DNA of 40,558 nt, taken from Promethearchaeota archaeon (GTDB lineage: Archaea > Asgardarchaeota > Lokiarchaeia > Sigyniarchaeales > SOKP01). This document shows positions 1 through 9,311 of this stretch, in pieces. Both the position numbers and the translations under genes were made by a program. Numbering within the stretch: position 1 is the stretch's first letter; each line of letters starts with the position of its first letter. The notes under the pieces were generated by a model. It did not search any database, was not told the origin of the DNA, and saw only the letters and a list, made by a program, of their open reading frames with translations. The stretch covers positions 1 through 40,558 of the forward strand of contig JBHLME010000027.1 of the NCBI GenBank assembly GCA_048938445.1, in the 5' to 3' direction.

Positions 1-1
1 C

Positions 2-568
2 ATAATTAGTAAAAGAATAGTGTATTATCTTGATACAGAAAATACTTTTCGAGCAGAAAGGGTATCAGAATTAGCACAAACTCGAAATATTGATCCTAAA
101 ACTGTTTTAAAGAACATTTTTGTATCTAAAATAATGAGCACTTCAACATTATTACACTCTCTTAATAATATTGAAGAAAATCTAAATAATAGAACGAGCT
201 ATATTCTCATCATAGACACTATTAATAATTATTTTAGATTTGATCAAGGAGATGAAAACAGTTCATTTCATAAAACTAAATCTAATTTTTTAAATGCTCT
301 AGAAAAATTAAGCACAATTACTCAAAAATTTAATTTGATTACGATTGTTACTGCTCAAATTTCTTCTAATTTTATCAATGATTCTATTATTCGAGATATT
401 CCTGTTGGAAATCAATTTTTGAATCACTATATTTCTGAATATTTATATTTGCGATTAGAAGAAGAAAAAGTGAATAGTGCCCATCTTGTTAATTCGCAAT
501 ATCTTCCAGAAAAAAAGCAATATTTCAAGATCACCTCATCAGGATTAGAAGATTTTAATATAAAATAA
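2..568 (+). CDS. RadA/Rad51 paralog (RecA-family ATPase), C-terminal part, 5'-truncated by the window edge
   Basis: Frame is open from position 2. YLDTENTFRAERV resembles RadA YIDTEGTFRPER, ILIIDT is Walker B-like, and PVGNQFLNH resembles PIGGHILAH. Too divergent to call RadA proper. Confidence 0.75.
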   Translation: MISKRIVYYLDTENTFRAERVSELAQTRNIDPKTVLKNIFVSKIMSTSTLLHSLNNIEENLNNRTSYILIIDTINNYFRFDQGDENSSFHKTKSNFLNALEKLSTITQKFNLITIVTAQISSNFINDSIIRDIPVGNQFLNHYISEYLYLRLEEEKVNSAHLVNSQYLPEKKQYFKITSSGLEDFNIK

Positions 569-576
569 ATTTTATT

Positions 577-1422
577 TCAAATTTTGTGAATGAATTCTTC
601 TAATGAGAGATATTTAAATTCATTAGAAATATTATTAGTATTTACAAAAAATATATCGTTTTGAATTTTGGGTAGAATTTGTTCGATTAATTGGACCGCG
701 ATTCTTAATTTTCTTTTTTTCATTGGTGTACCTTCTTGATTTTTTTCAAAATAAAGTTTTGAATATCTACCAACCACATTGTTAAAATCCATTCCAATTA
801 AAAATAGTTTATTATTTAGTGAAAGAAGTGATTGTAAAAAATATAAAATCCTATCACCATCAGTAAATCCCCCTGGATTAATTAAATTTTCAGAAGGTTC
901 AACTTGAGTAGTACCAATTATATTACAAAATTCTATAATCTCTTGTTTGAAATATTCAAGCCTATCGATATTATCACCATGCCCATGTATTATCATGTAA
1001 TCCACATTATTGAATTCTTTTTTCGTTATTCCATCAAGATCAGTGAAAATAGCTTGAATAGGAATTTTTTTTTTCCCTAAAAATATTGATGCTCCATCTG
1101 CTGCTATATTTATTACATTTTTAAAAATATCAAGTCCAAGGTTATCAATAAGATAATTAACCGTAGGAACTAAAGAAGGTCCACAACCATAAATAAAAAT
1201 GTTTTTCTTTGAATGAATATTGATTTTAAAAGATTTTAAAATCAAATTCAGATCATATTCACGCTTTTCATGTTTACTTTTTAAAATACTTGAAAGTATA
1301 TCTCTTGCTTTGCAATCTTTCTTGTAATCAAAATGTAGATCATCAATTATTTTAAAATATTGCTCTTTAAAAGTTTCATAAAAATCTATTTGAGCCTTTA
1401 ATGACGCTTTTTTGTTACACAT
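577..1422 (-). CDS. mptE: 6-hydroxymethyl-7,8-dihydropterin pyrophosphokinase, MptE/DUF115 family
   Basis: Motifs GCGPSL, IAADGA, FTDLDG, HGHGDN, GTTQ, GGFTDGDR, GMDF. Confidence 0.85.
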   Translation of the reverse strand: MCNKKASLKAQIDFYETFKEQYFKIIDDLHFDYKKDCKARDILSSILKSKHEKREYDLNLILKSFKINIHSKKNIFIYGCGPSLVPTVNYLIDNLGLDIFKNVINIAADGASIFLGKKKIPIQAIFTDLDGITKKEFNNVDYMIIHGHGDNIDRLEYFKQEIIEFCNIIGTTQVEPSENLINPGGFTDGDRILYFLQSLLSLNNKLFLIGMDFNNVVGRYSKLYFEKNQEGTPMKKRKLRIAVQLIEQILPKIQNDIFFVNTNNISNEFKYLSLEEFIHKI

Positions 1423-1620
1423 TCTATAATTAAATAAAATTCTAAATTATATAATTGTTTAAATATCAATATAATAAGTTTTATTTGGTGATTAAATTCA
1501 AATTAATACTTATTATTTTTTTGACTAATCTAATTTATTAAATGTTAAATTTTTTTTAATAATGTAATAAATAAATAAGGAAAAAAAAGAAGTGGTTATT
1601 TATCAAATTTATATCAAAAC

Positions 1621-2004
1621 TTAGAGACTTGCTGTATAAGAATTATAAGCAGCTTCGTCCATCAAGTTTCCTTTCTCAGCGTCAAAGTTAGACGCATTGA
1701 TTTTGAATAACCAGGCACCCATAGGATCCTCGTTAATTTTTTCAGGCTCATCCATCAAGTCAGAATTTACAGCAGTAACAGTTCCACTTACGGGTGAATA
1801 AACGTCACCAACGGCTTTTGAACTCTCAACTGTACAATCGATTGGATCTGAATCTTCAGTTCCCTGTTCTAAGGTTGCACCATCAATTCCATCAACGTCA
1901 ACGAATGAAATCTCTCCTAATTGTTCAGCAGCATAAGGGGTTAAGCCAACTTCACCAGTTGCATCGTTATACCACTGGTGTTGTTTTGAATACCAAATTG
2001 TCAT
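1621..2004 (-). CDS. gcvH: Glycine cleavage system H protein (lipoyl carrier)
   Basis: VGLTPYAAEQLGEISFV, lipoyl-Lys motif VESSKAVGDVYSPVSG, INEDPMGAWLFKI. ATG at 2004 follows an AGGTG SD-like motif (ORF track uses TTG 2013). Confidence 0.92.
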   Translation of the reverse strand: MTIWYSKQHQWYNDATGEVGLTPYAAEQLGEISFVDVDGIDGATLEQGTEDSDPIDCTVESSKAVGDVYSPVSGTVTAVNSDLMDEPEKINEDPMGAWLFKINASNFDAEKGNLMDEAAYNSYTASL

Positions 2005-2191
2005 TTTTTTCAAACACCTTTAATTTTTTTCTTAGTTTTTTTTCTACAAATGAATATAAGAATTTTTTAATATGGTTTTAGTAATTTTATCAATGATTTA
2101 AAATTTATTCATTGATTAATTTTGTTTGATATTGAATTGTTTTATGTCGAGTACTTTATAAAATTTCTTTAATTAATAACCCCCTAATAGC

Positions 2192-3337
2192 ATGAATGAA
2201 ACAAAAAGATCTCTTTTAGGACTCATTATAAACCCCATATCTGGAATGGGTGGATCTGTTGGATTAAAAGGCACGGATGGAGGAAATATTTTACAAAAAG
2301 CAATCGATTTAGGGGCTATTCCTAATGCAATGAATAGAGCTAGGGAATTATTAACCGAATTGAATTCAATTAAAACAAAATTAAAATTTATAACATGTCC
2401 GGGGATGATGGGGGCGTCAGTGTTAAAAGAGATGGATTTTATATATGAGATTATCAATGATCCTATATTTCACGATATCAAAGAACTTAAAGATACATCT
2501 GCTGACCATACAATAAAAGCTGCGGAACATATGAAAAAATTAGAAGATCTAAAAATAATTTTATTTTTAGGTGGTGATGGTACTGCTCGAGATGTTTTTA
2601 GAGCAATAGGGGCGGACATTCCATGTTTAGGAATTCCAACAGGTGTAAAAATTTATTCAAGTGTATTTTCAGTGAATCCCCGAGATGCAGCATCTATCAT
2701 AATGCAATTTTTATGGGATGAGATCCCTTTAAAAGAATCTGAGGTGTTAGATATTGATGAAGAGGAATATCGAGAAGGAAAATTGGTTTCAAAATTATAT
2801 GGCCATCTTTTAATTCCTTATAATCCTAATTTTTCACAACAAGCAAAAATGGGCACGCCTAATTCAGATCTAACTAATCAAGAAAGGATAGCAAAACGAA
2901 TTTGCGAAATCCTTGATGATGAAGTGTATTATTTACTTGGACCGGGGACGACAACAAGAGCCATAACCGATCTATTACATCAAGAGAAAACGATCTTAGG
3001 CATAGATCTCCTTTTAAATAGAAAAATAATTGCCCGAGATTTGAATGAAGAGCAAATTTTGAGCTTTATTAATGGAAAAAAAGTTAAAATTATCACTTCC
3101 TTAATTGGTAGACAGGGATTTCTTTTTGGACGTGGTAACCTACAATTCTCTCCTCGAATTTTAAAAAAAGTAACTCCAAAGAATATCATCATCATTGCAA
3201 CAAAATTTAAATTACTTAGAATTGATCGGCAATTGCTAAGGATAGATACAAGAGATCCTGAACTAGATTTAAAAATGAAAGGTCTCTATCAAGTTATTGT
3301 AGATTATGATGAGATAAAAATATGTAAAGTACAATAA
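2192..3337 (+). CDS. ATP-NAD kinase family protein (AcoX-like)
   Basis: INPISGMGGSVGLKGTDG, GGDGTARD, GIPTGVKIYSSVF, QGFLFGRGNLQ, DTRDPELD. Confidence 0.88.
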   Translation: MNETKRSLLGLIINPISGMGGSVGLKGTDGGNILQKAIDLGAIPNAMNRARELLTELNSIKTKLKFITCPGMMGASVLKEMDFIYEIINDPIFHDIKELKDTSADHTIKAAEHMKKLEDLKIILFLGGDGTARDVFRAIGADIPCLGIPTGVKIYSSVFSVNPRDAASIIMQFLWDEIPLKESEVLDIDEEEYREGKLVSKLYGHLLIPYNPNFSQQAKMGTPNSDLTNQERIAKRICEILDDEVYYLLGPGTTTRAITDLLHQEKTILGIDLLLNRKIIARDLNEEQILSFINGKKVKIITSLIGRQGFLFGRGNLQFSPRILKKVTPKNIIIIATKFKLLRIDRQLLRIDTRDPELDLKMKGLYQVIVDYDEIKICKVQ

Positions 3338-3363
3338 ATTAAATCTATCTAGAGGATATAAAT

Positions 3364-3900
3364 TTAAATTCCAAAAAGCTCTTCTCCCATCTTTAATCTA
3401 ATCATAGCTTGAAGTGCTACAAATGATCCCAAAATTATTAAGATCCCAATTAAAATATATCTTATCGCTATTTTTCGGTTATATAAATGTTTAGAGGCTT
3501 GATAGAGAAAAAGATATCCCACAGAATTAAATATCATGAGTATGGATGCAACTATACTCTCATTTATGAATGCTTCTTGAGGACTTGGGTAAAGAAAGAG
3601 CGCAGTGTCTCCTCCTCCTTGACCAATTGCGGGAACTTCTCGATAAATCAAGTAAACCATCCCAGTTTGAAGGGCAAATAGAATTATGAATATTGCTAAT
3701 AAGACAATACTTCTCGTTGACATTCCAACTAATCTATTTACTAACCTACGACGTTTTATCCTTGGAAATTTGATTTTAGGTTTTCGAATATTATTTCCAA
3801 GAAACCATGGTGTTTTTCTTTTAAGGGTCTCGAAAATTGTTTCTGATCCAATTATATCTTCTTTAGCAGTATTCTTTTGGGTTGGTCTACGCTCTTGCAT
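3364..3900 (-). CDS. OSTC/DC2-like (OST3/OST6 family) oligosaccharyltransferase accessory subunit, 3 TM
   Basis: TM1 ending TGMVYLIYREVPAIG, then FINESIVASILMIFNSVGYLFL and a final TM ending MIRLKM. This parallels eukaryotic DC2 (GGIIYDVIVEPPSVG...QYIMEGLASSFL...FMRMKL, recalled from memory). Confidence 0.65.
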   Translation of the reverse strand: MQERRPTQKNTAKEDIIGSETIFETLKRKTPWFLGNNIRKPKIKFPRIKRRRLVNRLVGMSTRSIVLLAIFIILFALQTGMVYLIYREVPAIGQGGGDTALFLYPSPQEAFINESIVASILMIFNSVGYLFLYQASKHLYNRKIAIRYILIGILIILGSFVALQAMIRLKMGEELFGI

Positions 3901-4095
3901 TATATAAAAATGATCTTTAATTGTAACTAAAAAATATATTTTAAAATAAAACCTTGTCTATTTTTGAAAAATAATAAAATTTGAATAATGTAAGTTTTTT
4001 TTTATATAGCTGTTTAAAATATAAATATGAAATTCCTATTATTAATATAAAGATAACACTTATTTCTTCAAAATTCTTAAAATAATGATTAAATA

Positions 4096-5280
4096 ATGAG
4101 CTACAAAGATCTTTATTCTGAAGTTAAAAAACGTAAAATGGAAGCGTTAAACAAAAAGGATATTGTCAAGGCAGTGGAAAAACATGGAAAAATTCTTGCC
4201 GTGGAAGGGCGATTTGAGAAACCAAAGAAAGTAGTTGAAAACATGTATGCCGCGGAAAAAAGAACAATTAAACCAAATCAAGTAATGAAATATGACTTAA
4301 ATTTATATGATATCCTGCTAATAGGATGTCCAGGAGATAATGTTCCCGATTCAGCTCATCCAAGAATTAGAGTATTCGTTGAAAATGGAGGATGGCTAAT
4401 CACTACAGATTGGGCACTTCTTACTATAGTAGAAAAATTATTTCCTGGTTATTTACGATGGAATGGCCAAAAAACTTCAGATGCAGTTGTAGCTTGCCAA
4501 CTTAATGATCCAACCCATCCATTTTTGGATGGAGTAAAAAGTGAAATGACACGAGAAAAATGGATTAAAAAAGCTTCAAAAAATACCGAAAAAGAAGAAT
4601 TTAAATGGTGGCTAGAAACTAAGAGTTATCCCATCCAAGTGATTAACCCCGTTGAAGTAAACGTGTTGATATCTTCCAGAGAAATACAATATAAATGGGG
4701 AGAAGGTGCTGTACTCTGCTATTTTGATGTGGGTTCGATGGGGGGTCGGGTGATTCACATTATTAGCCACACGCATCTGCAAAAAGGTGGTGAAAAAGGT
4801 AAATTCGTATCAGCTCTCATTTTAACTAACATTTTAGATGAAAAAATTTCCCGAAGGATGGGTATTCCTCTAAAATCTTCTGGAGGTTATGTGTCTGATT
4901 GGACTCAACCACAAGCACAAAAATATGGAGAACCACAATTTCAACCTCAACAATCATATACTCAACCATCAGGTAGTGATGATTGGTTAAAACCACCTTC
5001 ATCATCCGATAATTATATAACACCATCAAATGTTGGAAGTGGGGGGGCTGGAGGAGGAACTGGAGAAATTGGATTAACAGGAACTTCTCAAATAAAAGAA
5101 GTAGATCCAAGTTCATTTTCACTAACAATAAAATGCGCTTTATGTGACTTGGATTTTAGTGAATATATTGGAAAAATTTATCTCTGTCAAGAGTGCAGGG
5201 CAGCATATCATGAGGGATGTCTAAATAATCAGATAAATGAAGGTACGTGCAAGAACTGTAATAGAATCTTGTTATGGTAA
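4096..5280 (+). CDS. Class I glutamine-amidotransferase-like domain, low-complexity Q/P/S/G linker and C-terminal C4HC3 RING/PHD-like zinc finger
   Basis: YDILLIGCPG...FVENGGWLITTDWA is GATase-fold-like. C-terminus reads CxxC-x13-CxxC-x4-HxxC-x9-CxxC. Confidence 0.65.
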   Translation: MSYKDLYSEVKKRKMEALNKKDIVKAVEKHGKILAVEGRFEKPKKVVENMYAAEKRTIKPNQVMKYDLNLYDILLIGCPGDNVPDSAHPRIRVFVENGGWLITTDWALLTIVEKLFPGYLRWNGQKTSDAVVACQLNDPTHPFLDGVKSEMTREKWIKKASKNTEKEEFKWWLETKSYPIQVINPVEVNVLISSREIQYKWGEGAVLCYFDVGSMGGRVIHIISHTHLQKGGEKGKFVSALILTNILDEKISRRMGIPLKSSGGYVSDWTQPQAQKYGEPQFQPQQSYTQPSGSDDWLKPPSSSDNYITPSNVGSGGAGGGTGEIGLTGTSQIKEVDPSSFSLTIKCALCDLDFSEYIGKIYLCQECRAAYHEGCLNNQINEGTCKNCNRILLW

Positions 5281-5351
5281 ATATAAAAAAATAGAAAAAT
5301 AAAAAATCAATTTAATTCTTAAATAACTTAAAATCAAAGTATTTTTTTGGT

Positions 5352-5549
5352 TTAATCTTCCGTTATTTCAATTGCTTCTTCAGGACATTGAGTTTCGCAG
5401 GCTCTACAGCCAACACACTCCTCTCGATTGTCCTCGTTTACGTTGACTTTTCCTCCTTCTGGTTCATTGAAGCATTCGCTTGGACATACTTCATAGCACG
5501 TTCCACAACCAGAACAGGCATCCATGTCAATCTTTATACCAAATGACAT
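5352..5549 (-). CDS. 2x[4Fe-4S] ferredoxin
   Basis: CSGCGTCYEVCP and CVGCRACETQCP. ATG at 5549 is preceded by an AGGTGA SD-like motif. Confidence 0.93.
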   Translation of the reverse strand: MSFGIKIDMDACSGCGTCYEVCPSECFNEPEGGKVNVNEDNREECVGCRACETQCPEEAIEITED

Positions 5550-5710
5550 CTTATTCTTTTCACCTTTTTTCAATAACTTTTGAATAGTTAGAATTGAATT
5601 ATTTATTATAGTAAATATTCTAATAATGGAAAAAATATAAATTTCGTTTTTATTAATAAATTAAAAAAATAAAAAATCTCTTTTGTTAAATAATTAAATT
5701 CAAATTCTTC

Positions 5711-6853
5711 GTGTATAATGGATATAAAAAAATGAATATGGATGAAATTTGGACTTACAAACACTCAGAACCAATCTTAGCATTAGAATTGGGTGATATA
5801 AATGGAAATAGTCAAATTGAAATCATAGCAACAACAAAAAAGGGAGAACTCTTAATTTTTTCCTTGGATGGAAATTTGCTCCAAAAAAAAATTATTTCAG
5901 ATATTCAATCATTATGGTATTGCAATTTATTGGATATTGATCAAGATGGGCAGAATGAAATAATTATAGGGGGTTTGGATGGACTTTTACGTGCTTTTAA
6001 ATCTTCACAATCCTATGAACTAGAAATAATTTGGAAACACAAGTTTGGTGGTTCAATTAGCGGATTTTTATTTGATGATATCAATGGTTCTGGACAACAG
6101 GAAATAATCGCTTATTCTTTAGATAAAACCCTTCGAGTGCTAAATTCCTCAGATGGCACGATGATATGGGGTCAAATTTTCGAGGATGGTATTGGAGATG
6201 CGATATCATGGAGTGATATTGAGGTTCCAAACCATAAAGAAATTATTGCTTGTGGAAATGATGGAACGATACGAGGATTTAATAACAAAAATGGAGAATT
6301 GCAATGGTTCAAGCGTTTTCCAGAAAAAATTAGGTGTATTTCGAATTTTCACTCAAATAAAGGACAAATTGTTGCTACTGGTGGAGATGACAAGGTATTA
6401 CATCTTATTAATGCAAGAAATCAGGAAGAAATAAAATCAATAGAATTTAATGATTATATTTGGAAGCTTCGTTCTTTTCCCCATAATAAAAATGAAAAAT
6501 TACTAGTAAGCACCTACTCTTTTGCCTATTTTGATAGCTCTATTTCATTAGAAAATACTATTTTTACATCAAAACTTGCTTGTTTTGACGATAATCTTGA
6601 AGTTTTATGGGAAATCAATGATATTAACATTGAATCTCTTGAAGTGATCGAATTAAAAGATTTGATAAAAATTTTAATTGGAACTACTAAAGGTGAGATA
6701 ATAATTGTTGACAGCATTTCCGGAGAATTAATGATAAATTTAAAGAAAAATTCATGTGCTAATATGGTAAAATTTGTCCTTGATCAACCTTCAATCTTTA
6801 GTTGTCATGATGATGGTTTTCTACGTGCTTACGTGGTTGATAATCTTAAATGA
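5711..6853 (+). CDS. WD40/PQQ-like beta-propeller with FG-GAP-like DxxxxG loops
   Basis: Repeats GDINGNSQIEII, DIDQDGQNEIIIGGLDGLLRAF, DDINGSGQQEII and WD-like GGDDKVLHLI. Start may be ATG 5732. Confidence 0.75.
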   Translation: MYNGYKKMNMDEIWTYKHSEPILALELGDINGNSQIEIIATTKKGELLIFSLDGNLLQKKIISDIQSLWYCNLLDIDQDGQNEIIIGGLDGLLRAFKSSQSYELEIIWKHKFGGSISGFLFDDINGSGQQEIIAYSLDKTLRVLNSSDGTMIWGQIFEDGIGDAISWSDIEVPNHKEIIACGNDGTIRGFNNKNGELQWFKRFPEKIRCISNFHSNKGQIVATGGDDKVLHLINARNQEEIKSIEFNDYIWKLRSFPHNKNEKLLVSTYSFAYFDSSISLENTIFTSKLACFDDNLEVLWEINDINIESLEVIELKDLIKILIGTTKGEIIIVDSISGELMINLKKNSCANMVKFVLDQPSIFSCHDDGFLRAYVVDNLK

Positions 6854-6908
6854 CTATTTAGCGATTTTTGAAGTTTTATAAAAAAATAAAAAAAATAGTG
6901 TGAAAAAT

Positions 6909-7214
6909 TTATGCGCTCTCTTCAGCAGCGAGCTCTTCTTCCAATTCTTCTAATGGAACTGGTGCAGGTGTGGTTAGCATGGAATAACCAATCCAGATAG
7001 CGATTACAGCAATTAAAACCACGATTAACCAGATAGGAGCTACTACAAATAACTTCCAATCAAATATATCTAATGGAATAAAAGGAATATAGAATCCTTG
7101 TGGATCAACGAAAATTTCTAACCATAAATCAACTATAGAACCGAGAGTGTAGATAACGCCAATTAGAATGCCGACAATTATCACTATAGCTCCAATTATT
7201 TTATCTTTAGCCAT
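6909..7214 (-). CDS. Small 2-TM membrane protein, possibly DPM2/PIG-P-like
   Basis: Two hydrophobic helices followed by WIGYSMLTTPAPVPLEELEEEL. AGGT SD-like motif upstream. Confidence 0.7.
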   Translation of the reverse strand: MAKDKIIGAIVIIVGILIGVIYTLGSIVDLWLEIFVDPQGFYIPFIPLDIFDWKLFVVAPIWLIVVLIAVIAIWIGYSMLTTPAPVPLEELEEELAAEESA

Positions 7215-7352
7215 GTATTATTAACCTTTTAATTTTGTTTTATTAAATTAAATGAATTTTCATTCAAGTTTAATATGAATTTTTAAAAAATATTTAAATA
7301 AAAACCATTCGATATGTTCTTATTATAAAAAAATAATAACGAGTGCGATTAA

Positions 7353-8195
7353 TTATAGTCCTGCCATGAAGTCCGCAGCATCAATGATTTTGACTCCATG
7401 ATAATACCTTACAATATCTACTAAAAAATCTAAATAGGAATTCTGTATTTTAACATTATGAATTTTGTTTAAATGTGAGTTCAATTCTCTCGCGTCTAAA
7501 GGAGTTCCTTCTCCCAAATTATTTATAAATTCTAATGTGTCTTTTGCTAACATGTAGACTTTTAAGATTTCATTTTTTATGATGATGAGACTTGTTTTTA
7601 AGTTGGTCTCATTCAAAAAATCTTGTATTATCTTACTCTCTATTTTAAGAGATCTAGACTTCAATATTTTATTTTTATCATTTTCAACTTTTTCTTTATC
7701 AATTATAATATAATCCTTGTATAATTTCTTATTCTCTCTATAATCCTTGTGGTTTATAATGACAAGGTTTATATCAAATGTATTTTGAAAAATAAATTCA
7801 AATAAGTTAATGATATGACTGTTAAGAATTTGAACATCATTTATCATGACAAACTTTGTTTTATAAAAACAGCAACGCATGATTTTTGCTAACCAAGAAG
7901 CGCTATAATTTAGCAATAGTAAATAAATATTGATCATTTCTTGATCAGGAATTTTAAGTTCTTCACTTGGTTCTTCCATTTTAATCTGGGGAAGTTCAAT
8001 TGTAAAATCTGCTATGAAACTATCTCTAACTTTCATATTTTTGTCAATATATGCGACAAATGAATGTTCACATACGAGATCTTCAGCAACATTAAGTGCT
8101 GTAATTCCTCGCTTACTATTTTTTACTAAATTTTCCTCTACTTCTATAGATCCCTTTTTAAAACAAGAAGGACACTGAATTTTGATAGTTACCAT
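7353..8195 (-). CDS. Hypothetical protein with N-terminal zinc site (CPSC...CEH), resembling a Lokiarchaeia-expanded family
   Basis: 280 aa ORF with CxxC...CxH and the FVAYIDKN.KVRD motif. Function unknown. Confidence 0.7.
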   Translation of the reverse strand: MVTIKIQCPSCFKKGSIEVEENLVKNSKRGITALNVAEDLVCEHSFVAYIDKNMKVRDSFIADFTIELPQIKMEEPSEELKIPDQEMINIYLLLLNYSASWLAKIMRCCFYKTKFVMINDVQILNSHIINLFEFIFQNTFDINLVIINHKDYRENKKLYKDYIIIDKEKVENDKNKILKSRSLKIESKIIQDFLNETNLKTSLIIIKNEILKVYMLAKDTLEFINNLGEGTPLDARELNSHLNKIHNVKIQNSYLDFLVDIVRYYHGVKIIDAADFMAGL

Positions 8196-8345
8196 ATTAA
8201 TCCCCTTTTTATCCTATTTAAACATTAGAAAAGTTCTTGTAAGGACTATATAAAATTTCAATATTTTAAACATTTTGAAACACAAAAATATAAATTAAAT
8301 ATTAAGTGATAATTTCATTCATTAAAATACAAAAAAGTGAAGATA

Positions 8346-9305
8346 ATGAATTATGTATTAATTATTGGTTCAAGTAATATGGATTTAAATATATACTTAG
8401 ATCGCTTCCCTGAAAAGGGAGAAACCGTGACTGGTGGAAAATTTGAGCAATTTTTAGGAGGTAAAGGTGCAAACCAAGCAGTTGCTTCTGTGAGATCTGG
8501 AGCTGAGACAAAATTTATAGGTCGGATAGGTAATGATATATTTGGGGATCAAATGATCAAGCAATTATCAAAAGAAGGAATCGATACAACTAGAATTGTG
8601 AGAGATCAAATTGAATCAAGCGGGATAGCTTTCATTCTTATAGATAAATATGGAGAAAACATGATAAGTGTTGCTCCAGGAGCAAATGTAAAATTATCTA
8701 GTGATGATATAATAAAGAATGAGGAATTAATTAGGAATGCTAAAGTCATCGTTGTACAAATGGAAATATCAATTAATATTATTGAAGAAATCTACAGGAT
8801 AGCTTCTCAAGGAAATTGTATTAAAATTTTGAACCCTGCTCCTTTAAAAATGATACCAAAACCTTTGTTTAAAAATATAGATATTATAATTCCAAACGAG
8901 GGAGAATTAAATCGGTTGAATTTTCTCTTAAATTGTAAAGAAGTGGAGTTTAGTGGAACTGAGAAATTAATACAACTCTCTAAAAATATTGCTAATTTTG
9001 GTGTAAAATTCGTGATAACGACATTAGGAAGCAAAGGATGCTATGTATATGATTCAGAAAAAACAGAATCAATATTAATCCCCGCATATAAAGTACAAGC
9101 TGTGGATACTGTAGGAGCAGGGGATTGTTTTAATGGTGTTTTAGCCAGTAAACTAAGCAAGGAAATAAACATTATTAAAGCTGTTAAATATGCAATGGCT
9201 GCCGCTTCTATTGCAGTAACTAGAAAAGGAGCACAAAAATCAATGCCATATCAAGATGAAATTCAGGTACGATATGAAGAATTTAATAAAATTTTAATGA
9301 TTTAA
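8346..9305 (+). CDS. rbsK: Ribokinase (PfkB family)
   Basis: IGSSNMDL, GGKGANQAVA, ILNPAP, PNEGE, VDTVGAGDCFNG, VTRKGAQKSMP. ATG at 8346 (ORF track GTG 8337). Confidence 0.92.
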   Translation: MNYVLIIGSSNMDLNIYLDRFPEKGETVTGGKFEQFLGGKGANQAVASVRSGAETKFIGRIGNDIFGDQMIKQLSKEGIDTTRIVRDQIESSGIAFILIDKYGENMISVAPGANVKLSSDDIIKNEELIRNAKVIVVQMEISINIIEEIYRIASQGNCIKILNPAPLKMIPKPLFKNIDIIIPNEGELNRLNFLLNCKEVEFSGTEKLIQLSKNIANFGVKFVITTLGSKGCYVYDSEKTESILIPAYKVQAVDTVGAGDCFNGVLASKLSKEINIIKAVKYAMAAASIAVTRKGAQKSMPYQDEIQVRYEEFNKILMI

Positions 9306-9311
9306 ATTATT

